This document shows, in pieces, positions 41,303-48,513 of a DNA stretch of 64,000 bases (position 1 is its first letter; each line of letters opens with the position of its first letter). The stretch is from NCBI GenBank assembly GCA_903873185.1, contig CAIQNN010000036.1:3639-67638 (forward strand), given 5' to 3'. The notes beneath the pieces were generated by a model. It had not been told where the DNA came from, made no database searches, and worked only from the letters and a program-made list of their open reading frames with translations. Source of the DNA: an uncultured Actinomycetes bacterium (lineage in GTDB: Bacteria > Actinomycetota > Actinomycetes > Nanopelagicales > Nanopelagicaceae). The position numbers and the translations under genes are program-made.

Positions 41303-41851
41303 ATGGAAGGTTTCACAAACTTAATCGTACGGATCGGCCGTGGCGTCGGTGGAGTAGTAGGAACTCTCTACCAGGCAGGTCGTGATTCGGTAGATACCGT
41401 AATCCGTAACGTCATTCCATTTATGGCGTTTATCTCCTTCATCATCGGTTTGATTCTGACAACCGGTATTGGTAACTGGATCGCTAAGGGACTAAAGGGC
41501 TCTGCCTCTTCACTTCCTGGCTTGCTACTTATCTCTATCGTCTGTGCAATTCCAATCCTGTCTCCTTTGCTTGGACCAGGTGCTGTTATTGCTCAGATCG
41601 TCGGAACCTTGCTCGGTGTTGAAATTGGTAAGGGAAATATCCCTGCGCAATACTCACTACCAGCACTATTCGCTATCAACCCACAGGTTGGTTGCGACTT
41701 CATTCCAGTAGGTCTAGCTCTCGGTGAAGCCGAGCCTGAGACGGTCGAAATCGGTGTTCCCGCGGTTCTGTTCTCCCGCGTTATCACCGGTCCATTGTCC
41801 GTAGTCATCGCATACTTCGCCAGCTTCGGCCTGTACCACACCAGTAAGTAA
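41303..41851 (+). CDS. srlE: PTS Gut-family EIIC' membrane domain (C-terminal half of SrlE as a separate gene)
   Basis: 182 aa. Matches the SrlE C-terminal part (LYQAGRDSVDTVIRNVIPFMAF..., LLGPGAVIAQIVG, LPALFAINPQVGCDFIPVGL). Confidence 0.85.
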   Translation: MEGFTNLIVRIGRGVGGVVGTLYQAGRDSVDTVIRNVIPFMAFISFIIGLILTTGIGNWIAKGLKGSASSLPGLLLISIVCAIPILSPLLGPGAVIAQIVGTLLGVEIGKGNIPAQYSLPALFAINPQVGCDFIPVGLALGEAEPETVEIGVPAVLFSRVITGPLSVVIAYFASFGLYHTSK

Positions 41852-41861
41852 GCACGATCGA

Positions 41862-41893
41862 AACCAAGGTGCGGGGCAACTCGCACCTTGGTT
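41862..41893 (+). other. Perfect 12-bp-stem hairpin inside the PTS operon
   Basis: aaccaaggtgcg-gggcaact-cgcaccttggtt, 11 nt after the EIIC' stop and with no following U-run. A 137-nt AT-rich gap precedes the EIIB gene. Confidence 0.6.
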
Positions 41894-41988
41894 ATCGCAA
41901 GGCAGTACGTTGAAACTCACATCCAAATTTAATTTTTACAACATATTCTTGGTTATCAAGATTCTTAACTAGTTCAAGGAGAACAAAA

Positions 41989-42360
41989 ATGGGCGAATAC
42001 AAGAGCGTCACTATTTCAGCCGGACGAGGCGGTTGGGGCGGTCCACTAACCATCACACCTACCGATGAAAAGCCGTACATCTATTCGGTAACCGGTGGCG
42101 GTATTCACGCTGTTGCGCAACGCATCGCCGACATTACCGGTGGAATTCCTTTCGATGGTTTCAAGAGCAGCGTGCCCTTCGACAAGATTGCCGTTGCCGT
42201 TATCGACTGTGGTGGAACTGCTCGAGTTGGCGTTTATCCAATGAAGAAAGTTTTAACCGTTGATATTCATGCGACCAGCCCTGCCGGACCGCTCGCCAAC
42301 TTTATTACCAAAGAACTCTTTGTCTCTGGCGTAAAAGCGGATGACATAAAGGAAGGTTAA
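41989..42360 (+). CDS. srlE: PTS Gut-family EIIB domain (N-terminal half of SrlE as a separate gene)
   Basis: 123 aa. GRGGWGGPLTITP and the phospho-Cys context VAVIDCGGTARVGVYP (E. coli: VAVIDCGGTLRCGIYP). Confidence 0.88.
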   Translation: MGEYKSVTISAGRGGWGGPLTITPTDEKPYIYSVTGGGIHAVAQRIADITGGIPFDGFKSSVPFDKIAVAVIDCGGTARVGVYPMKKVLTVDIHATSPAGPLANFITKELFVSGVKADDIKEG

Positions 42361-42363
42361 GTT

Positions 42364-42732
42364 TTGTCTAATCTTGTCTATGCAACAACCATTACAGCAG
42401 TTGGAGAACTTGTTCCCGATTTTCGGGAACAAGGAGTCTTGGTCTTCTTTGGTGAAAATGCACCCATTGAGCTTCACGAATTTTCAATCCTTCACAAACC
42501 TGATGTCGAAGTGCGAGCACCACTAACCGGTGACACCATTCGATTATCAAATAATGCATTTAACGTTTTAGCTGTGGGATCGGTCGCCAGCGACAACTTG
42601 CTCAACCTTGGCCACCTGGATCTAAAAGCAAATGGTCTTCCCGAGGCAGAGCTGCCTGGAGATGTAAACGTAGAAGCAGGCGAATTACCGATGGTCAAAG
42701 TAGGCGACCGTCTTGAAGTTTTTTCCGCCTAA
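42364..42732 (+). CDS. srlB: PTS glucitol/sorbitol-family EIIA component
   Basis: 122 aa with a TTG start. AVGSVASDNLLNLGHLDLK parallels E. coli SrlB AVGSVAEDNLRELGHVTLR (phospho-His). Confidence 0.85.
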   Translation: MSNLVYATTITAVGELVPDFREQGVLVFFGENAPIELHEFSILHKPDVEVRAPLTGDTIRLSNNAFNVLAVGSVASDNLLNLGHLDLKANGLPEAELPGDVNVEAGELPMVKVGDRLEVFSA

Positions 42733-42771
42733 TCGTTTTTCAAGCAGGACAACAGAAAAGAGATAAAAGAA

Positions 42772-44064
42772 GTGGCATATTCCTCGAAACTCAAAGCGCA
42801 CGCTGAAAAGCTGGGCCGCGATGTAAAAATTGCATTAGTGGGCGCTGGCCAGATGGGCCATGGTTTTGGCTGCCAAGTAGATCGCATGCCTGGTTTAACC
42901 GTCTCGCTAGTAATAGATATCGATCCGGCTCGAATTATGGCGCTTTACGCTGACTTAGGTGAAAACAATCCAGTAATCAGCACCGACCAAAATGAAATTG
43001 CGGCAGCGATTTCTGCCGGCAAGCGAGTCGGAACCACCACCTCTGCATTCCTATCAGAACTGCCAATCGACTTTGTTGTCGAAGCAACTGGTGTCCCAGA
43101 AATTGGCGCCCAAATCACTTACTCCTGCTTAAAAGCCAAGATGGATGTCGCCGTATTGAATGTCGAAATGGATGTAACCATTGGGCCGCTGCTTCATAAA
43201 ATTGCGGTCGAAAATGGCGTGGTTTACACCGTCTGCCATGGCGATGAGCCAATTGAAGCCAAAGTGCTAGTTGACTTTGCGCGCGATCTAAATTTTGAAG
43301 TTATCGCCGCCGGCAAAGGCAAGAACAATCCATTTGAACCGCTCAGCAACCCTGATTCAGTTCGGGCAACTGCAACTGCAAAAAACATGAACCCAAAGAT
43401 GCTTTGTTCTTTCACTGATGGCTCAAAGACCATGACCGAGATGGTGGCGCTTTCAAATACCACCGGCATTCCGCTTTCAAAGCGTGGAATGAACGGCCCA
43501 GCTGCCACTGTTAAAACCCTTCAAAATGTCTTTGCTCCCAAAGAAGATGGTGGAATTTTGGATAAGAAGGGTGTCATCGATTATTGCACTGGCGATGTTG
43601 CCCCTGGTGTATTCGTCATCGTAAAGAGCGATTCCAAATACATCAATCATGAGATGAGCTACCTAGGTATGGGCCCTGGCCCTTACTTCGCGCTCTACCG
43701 TCCGTATCACTTAGCTTCGGTTGAAGCTCCACTATCGGTCGCCCGAGCTGTTGTAGACCGTGAGTCATCGCTATTCGCTACTCACTTAATCTCTGAAGTT
43801 GTAGCAATGACTAAAAAGGATTTAAAAGCTGGCGACAAGATCGACGGCATTGGTGGCTACACCGTTCGTGGTTACGCCGACATCGCCGCAGATGCCCGTC
43901 GCGATAATTTGGTACCGATTGGGCTGATTCAAAATGCGATTGTCAAAAACGATGTTCCAGTTGGAACACTTCTGACTTACGATGATGTAGAACTCGATGC
44001 AACTAGCTTGATAGTGAAACTGCGCAAAGAACAAGACGATATGGGCCTCACCTACGCTAGCTAA
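42772..44064 (+). CDS. NAD(P)-dependent oxidoreductase, homoserine-dehydrogenase-like Rossmann domain plus C-terminal SAF domain (COG4091-type)
   Basis: 430 aa with a GTG start. KIALVGAGQMGHG dinucleotide fold and a SAF-like C-terminal region (KKDLKAGDKIDGIGGYTVRG...VPVGTLLTYDDV). Occupies the operon position of SrlD. Confidence 0.7.
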   Translation: MAYSSKLKAHAEKLGRDVKIALVGAGQMGHGFGCQVDRMPGLTVSLVIDIDPARIMALYADLGENNPVISTDQNEIAAAISAGKRVGTTTSAFLSELPIDFVVEATGVPEIGAQITYSCLKAKMDVAVLNVEMDVTIGPLLHKIAVENGVVYTVCHGDEPIEAKVLVDFARDLNFEVIAAGKGKNNPFEPLSNPDSVRATATAKNMNPKMLCSFTDGSKTMTEMVALSNTTGIPLSKRGMNGPAATVKTLQNVFAPKEDGGILDKKGVIDYCTGDVAPGVFVIVKSDSKYINHEMSYLGMGPGPYFALYRPYHLASVEAPLSVARAVVDRESSLFATHLISEVVAMTKKDLKAGDKIDGIGGYTVRGYADIAADARRDNLVPIGLIQNAIVKNDVPVGTLLTYDDVELDATSLIVKLRKEQDDMGLTYAS

Positions 44065-44369
44065 TCGGTTTCTTCTTTAGGATCTGGAATATGGCTAGTT
44101 AGTCCAAGCTCTTCCATTAAACGTCGCTGGCGTTTGGTTAGCGGGTCGCGAACCTTCTTGGGTTTTGCGGCCCGTTCGCTTTGATTAACTGAAACTTCGT
44201 CGTGAACAACTGGCCGATTCCCTCGCAGCCCAAGCTCTTCCATCAATTCCTCTTGGGCTGGCGTAAATAGCCCCTGAGAGCTCCGCTTTGCAGCATGTTT
44301 TGCCTTTATCTTTGCCGCTCGCTCTTCTGGAGTGTGCTGGGCAAAGCCAAATTTGCTCCGAAGTGACAT
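44061..44369 (-). CDS. Small highly charged protein with two LMEELGL repeats
   Basis: 102 aa. TPAQEELMEELGLRG and TKRQRRLMEELGLTS. Lys/Arg/Glu-rich with no TM segment. Confidence 0.55.
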   Translation of the reverse strand: MSLRSKFGFAQHTPEERAAKIKAKHAAKRSSQGLFTPAQEELMEELGLRGNRPVVHDEVSVNQSERAAKPKKVRDPLTKRQRRLMEELGLTSHIPDPKEETD

Positions 44370-44395
44370 AACGGCAAGTCTGACACAATTGCCCC

Positions 44396-45097
44396 ATGAA
44401 ATCCGAAATGCGCGTTGCGGTAGTGGTTCTCGCCGCCGGCTCGGGTTCGCGTTTTGGACATGTAACTAACAAGGTCTGGTTGCCTCTGAGCGGACGACGA
44501 ATCATCTCCCGATCCATCGCAAACGCCGCCAGGAGCTTCCGTGGCTGCCGAACCATTTTGGTGATCAGTCCAGATGATTCCGAACTCGCCCGTGCCACCT
44601 TGGAGCGCGAAGTTTCTAACATCACCGTTGAAATAGTTCTCGGCGGGGCAACTAGGCACGACTCGGAATACCGAGCGCTTCAATACTTGGCGCCGCAAAT
44701 CGAAGCTGAGGAAATCAATGTGGTCCTGATTCACGACGGTGCTCGGCCTTTGGCGACCAGTTCGCTCTTCAAGAAGATTGCCGAGGCGGCACATCGTCAC
44801 GGAGGTGCACTTCCTGCAATTCGAGTCTCCGCAAAAGAGATGGATATTCAAAGCAACGAAGTGGTCGTGCGGGTCCAAACCCCACAGGCCTTTTCGGCGC
44901 AGGAACTGCTAACGGCGTATCGTCAGGCTTTCATAGATAACTTTCATGGCACCGATACCGCCGCCTGTATGGAAAAATATTTTCCAGATATTCATACAAT
45001 GGCAGTCTCAGGTGAAGTTGCCAATGTGAAAATTACCTATCCCCAAGATTTAGCGATTGCCGAACATGTTTTAGAGAAGCGGAGGTACAAAGATTGA
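44396..45097 (+). CDS. ispD: 2-C-methyl-D-erythritol 4-phosphate cytidylyltransferase
   Basis: 233 aa. VLAAGSGSRFG, VVLIHDGARPL, VQTPQAF, NVKITYPQDL. ATG 44408 is an alternative start. Confidence 0.9.
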   Translation: MKSEMRVAVVVLAAGSGSRFGHVTNKVWLPLSGRRIISRSIANAARSFRGCRTILVISPDDSELARATLEREVSNITVEIVLGGATRHDSEYRALQYLAPQIEAEEINVVLIHDGARPLATSSLFKKIAEAAHRHGGALPAIRVSAKEMDIQSNEVVVRVQTPQAFSAQELLTAYRQAFIDNFHGTDTAACMEKYFPDIHTMAVSGEVANVKITYPQDLAIAEHVLEKRRYKD

Positions 45098-45405
45098 GCA
45101 ACGAAGAGCTCGATGTGCCACTTCACTGCACGCAATGTCAACAAGAGACAGTGCATCACCTTCGCTATGCCGGCCGACTCTTGGTATCCACAACCTGTTC
45201 AATCTGCAAAACGCAGGTAAAGCATGAAGATCATGATTTGCGTCTCCATTACACAAAAGATCTACAGCATCGAATTGCTACGAAACCTTGGCGGCTTTGG
45301 AAGCGATTTTGGCGGGCACCAAAGGCGGTCTTCTGGTCCTTTCCAAAGAAAGCGCTAGGGCAACCATTCAAGATTTGGCGCGAGTATCGCAATATTGGGC
45401 GCTAG
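45094..45405 (+). CDS. Small zinc-ribbon protein with a basic Trp-rich tail
   Basis: 103 aa. CTQC...CSIC pairs. The TTG start overlaps the ispD TGA (TTGA). Confidence 0.5.
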   Translation: MSNEELDVPLHCTQCQQETVHHLRYAGRLLVSTTCSICKTQVKHEDHDLRLHYTKDLQHRIATKPWRLWKRFWRAPKAVFWSFPKKALGQPFKIWREYRNIGR

Positions 45406-45421
45406 TTATTAAGATCAGACT

Positions 45422-46678
45422 GTGCCTAATGAGAATTTCAAACGCCAGTTTCCGCGCCCTAAAGATCTAACTCCACTTCTTCAATTTCAACTTCCCACAA
45501 TTCACCGAAAGCGGCGCCGGCTGGAAAAGGCGCTTACGATCTGGGACCTTCGAGAGATTGCAAAACGGCGAACCCCAAAGGGACCATTTGATTACACCGA
45601 TGGTGCCGCCGAGACTGAAGTTAGTTTGGAACGTTCACGTCAGGCATTTCTAGATATTGAATTCCAGCCCAATATTTTGCAAGACGTTTCCAAGATCGAT
45701 ATGTCGCGTAAAACGTTGGGGGAAACCTTCGCCTTACCTTTTGGCATTGCTCCGACGGGTTTTACTCGAATGATGCACTCCGAAGGTGAACGTGCTGGCG
45801 CTCGCGCTGCCGAAAAATTTGGCATTCCATTCACACTTTCAACACTTGGAACAACAACAATCGAAGATGTAGTTGCAGCCGCTCCCAATGGCACCAATTG
45901 GTTCCAGTTATATATGTGGAAAGACCGCGAAGGCAGCATGGCATTAGTTGAACGTGCGCAAAAGATGGGCGTTAAGAATTTAATGTTGACGGTTGACGTT
46001 CCAGCCTCCGGTTACCGAATGCGCGATTACCGAAACGGCTTGACTGTGCCACCGCGATTAAATGCATCCACGATCGCCAACGCGCTACCCCGCCCGGAAT
46101 GGATTTGGAACTTTCTCACCACCCCGCCGATTAGTTTTGCCTCGTTATCAAACTGGCCCGGCACCGTTGGTGAGTTATTGGATTACATGTTCGACCCAAC
46201 CATGACATTCGAAGATTTGAAATGGGTGCGCAAGCAGTGGAAGGGTACTTTGACCATCAAGGGTATTCAAACGCTCGAAGATGCAAAGCGCTGCGCCAAA
46301 TATGGGGTAGATGCAGTGTTGCTTTCAAATCACGGTGGCCGCCAGCTTGATCGTGCGCCAGTTCCATTGCATTTGTTAGGAGCAGTTCGTAAGGAGCTAA
46401 AGAGCGACCTCGAAGTTCACTTGGACACCGGCATCATGCACGGCGCCGATGTTTTGGCGGCTATCGCTCATGGTGCGCAGTACACCTACGTTGGCCGCGC
46501 TTATCTCTATGGCTTAATGGCTGGTGGTCAAGAAGGCGTAGAACGTGCACTTGAGATCATGAAGACTCAAATGGCTCGTTCCATGAAATTGTTGGGTGTC
46601 AGTTCATTGGATGAATTAGAACCCAAGCACGCAAAATTCTTGGCTACCCATCAAGGTCTTGGATCACTGCCGAAGTAA
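45422..46678 (+). CDS. FMN-dependent alpha-hydroxy-acid oxidase/dehydrogenase (LldD-like)
   Basis: 418 aa with a GTG start. Signature SNHGGRQLD and a TIM-barrel FMN dehydrogenase layout. Confidence 0.85.
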   Translation: MPNENFKRQFPRPKDLTPLLQFQLPTIHRKRRRLEKALTIWDLREIAKRRTPKGPFDYTDGAAETEVSLERSRQAFLDIEFQPNILQDVSKIDMSRKTLGETFALPFGIAPTGFTRMMHSEGERAGARAAEKFGIPFTLSTLGTTTIEDVVAAAPNGTNWFQLYMWKDREGSMALVERAQKMGVKNLMLTVDVPASGYRMRDYRNGLTVPPRLNASTIANALPRPEWIWNFLTTPPISFASLSNWPGTVGELLDYMFDPTMTFEDLKWVRKQWKGTLTIKGIQTLEDAKRCAKYGVDAVLLSNHGGRQLDRAPVPLHLLGAVRKELKSDLEVHLDTGIMHGADVLAAIAHGAQYTYVGRAYLYGLMAGGQEGVERALEIMKTQMARSMKLLGVSSLDELEPKHAKFLATHQGLGSLPK

Positions 46679-47353
46679 TTAACGCGCTACCGTTTGTTGC
46701 CAATGCAAGAACGACTCCAATAGCGATAGTTCGTCTTCGGAATTCACGCGAATTGATTCTGGATCAGAATCCACGTAACCAATTCGCGCTGATTTTGTCA
46801 GTGGCAAGAACCAACCAGTACATTTCTTGGCATCCTGTAACTTAAAATCAATGGCGCTCATTCGGTAAATCTCTGGTGTTGAAATCCGACGAATCGAAGT
46901 CCGATCGATCGTGTACTCAATTAATTCGGCTTCAGATACCGATTTCAAAGTTTCTGTAAATGCCGAAGCTGCCCGGACCGCATCCACTTCGGTCAGCAGC
47001 GCTTCAAGCGTGCGGTGAAATTGTGCCAACCTGGTCAGCGGTCGATTGGAATCATGTACTGCAACCAGTTCAAAGAGCGAGCGCTCTGGGGCTAATGCAG
47101 CAGCAAGCTCGATTGGGTTACTGGGATCGCAAATCAAAGGGATGAAATCTATTTTGGCGCCGACCAATTGAGTAACCACGGCATCGGAAAGATTGCCCGG
47201 CATGGCAACACTAATGGCAGATTTTTGCCCCGTCGCCCGCGCAAAATCACGGGCAACAGTGGCAGCGCAAACCAGGACTGAACTTTCGCCAAGTTTGGCG
47301 AGCGCCGTCGCCGAAGTCACGGCAAGAATGACCTTTAGCGGTGGAATACTCAC
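46679..47353 (-). CDS. IspD-fold paralogue lacking the nucleotide-binding signature (degenerate cytidylyltransferase-like)
   Basis: 224 aa. Retains VAVHDSNRPL, IDRTSIRRISTPEIY and SIRVNSEDELSLLESFL. The N-terminal AAGxGxR(x)G...K motif is replaced by ILAVTSATALAKLGESS, and NxK(V/I)T reads SIRVN. Sits in the syntenic ispD slot after carD. Confidence 0.7.
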   Translation of the reverse strand: MSIPPLKVILAVTSATALAKLGESSVLVCAATVARDFARATGQKSAISVAMPGNLSDAVVTQLVGAKIDFIPLICDPSNPIELAAALAPERSLFELVAVHDSNRPLTRLAQFHRTLEALLTEVDAVRAASAFTETLKSVSEAELIEYTIDRTSIRRISTPEIYRMSAIDFKLQDAKKCTGWFLPLTKSARIGYVDSDPESIRVNSEDELSLLESFLHWQQTVAR

Positions 47354-47373
47354 GATGGCTTATTCGTGGGGAT

Positions 47374-47856
47374 TTAAGAAGCTAGAACCTCGTCGAGGAT
47401 GATCCCGGCTTTTTCTTCATCAGTACGCTCCGCGAGCGCCAATTCCGAGACGAGAATCTGCTTGGCCTTGGAGAGCATTCGCTTCTCGCCGGCAGAAAGC
47501 CCACGATCTAAATCACGACGGTAAAGGTCGCGAACAACTTCAGCTACCTTGATGACATCACCAGAGGCGAGCTTTTCGACATTTGCCTTGTAGCGGCGAG
47601 ACCAGTTGGTTGGCTCCTCGGTATATGGCTGACGCAGTACATTGAAGACCTTATCCAGGCCGGCGCTGTCAACGACATCGCGAACGCCAACAAGATCGAC
47701 ATTTTCGGCTGGAACTCGGACGGTGAGATCGCCTTGGGCAACCTTTAAAACTAGGTAAATCTTGTCTTCGCCTTTGATGGTCCGGGTCTCAATAGCTTCT
47801 ATGAGAGCCGCTCCGTGATGGGGATAAACAACGGTTTCGCCGACCTTAAATGACAT
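47374..47856 (-). CDS. carD: RNA polymerase-binding transcription factor CarD
   Basis: 160 aa. [25 protein letters not shown]. Confidence 0.95.
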   Translation of the reverse strand: MSFKVGETVVYPHHGAALIEAIETRTIKGEDKIYLVLKVAQGDLTVRVPAENVDLVGVRDVVDSAGLDKVFNVLRQPYTEEPTNWSRRYKANVEKLASGDVIKVAEVVRDLYRRDLDRGLSAGEKRMLSKAKQILVSELALAERTDEEKAGIILDEVLAS

Positions 47857-47967
47857 TCAATGGCCTTTCGGTAGGGACCAAGGATACCAGTAGTGAGAGT
47901 GGGGTCTCTAGCCACCCTTGAGAGTCTATTTTCGGCTTATTCACGCTCAGTTGATAGCCTTCCCCCC

Positions 47968-48510
47968 ATGTCTTCAACCTTTAGCTTCGCAAAGTTCGGT
48001 GGCGCAAAACGAACAATTGGCGCCCTTGGTTTGAGCGCTTTGCTCGCCATCTCATTGACCGGTTGTGGCGCTACGGGCTCAGATGCCCCGACTCGCAACA
48101 TCAAGAAAGTTACCGATGGCGCCGAAGGTGATTCGGGCGCAGCCAAGGTTCGCGATCTACTGATTGTTGCCCAACCAGATGGCTCTGGCGCACTCGTGGG
48201 AACTTTTCTTAACGATGCAACTGCTGATCAGTTAGTCAGCATCACTGCAAACGGAATTCCACTTGCTTCCTCGCTGCCACTGCCGCTAATTGTGAACAAG
48301 CCCGTTATTTTTTCTGGTGACTCTGCTAATGCCACCGGATCATTCCCTGGACTAAACCAGCCAGCAGGAAATCGCGTCCAAGTTGTTGTTACTTTCGCAA
48401 CTGCCGCGCCACTTACATTGAATGTAATGGTTCGCGACAAGACCGATTACTTCGCCAGCGTTGGCGACGCAGTAGCTAGCGCTACGCCTTCGCCAAGCGC
48501 CAGCAAGTAA
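47968..48510 (+). CDS. Lipoprotein, LpqE-like
   Basis: Start set at ATG 47968. Signal peptide plus lipobox LSALLAISLTGC. Divergent from carD, like mycobacterial lpqE. Confidence 0.65.
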   Translation: MSSTFSFAKFGGAKRTIGALGLSALLAISLTGCGATGSDAPTRNIKKVTDGAEGDSGAAKVRDLLIVAQPDGSGALVGTFLNDATADQLVSITANGIPLASSLPLPLIVNKPVIFSGDSANATGSFPGLNQPAGNRVQVVVTFATAAPLTLNVMVRDKTDYFASVGDAVASATPSPSASK

Positions 48511-48513
48511 TTC

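Noticed and set aside
44185-44878. Minus-strand ORFs of 146 and 190 aa overlapping ispD and the small charged protein gene
   Set aside because: They are antisense or out of frame relative to a canonical ispD (AAGSGSRFG, HDGARP, QTPQ). The translations are Arg/Cys/Ser-rich with no motifs.
47893-47967. Upstream start (47893) for the LpqE-like lipoprotein
   Set aside because: It adds 25 residues before an otherwise canonical signal peptide plus lipobox, and it crowds the carD promoter region. The ATG at 47968 is preferred.
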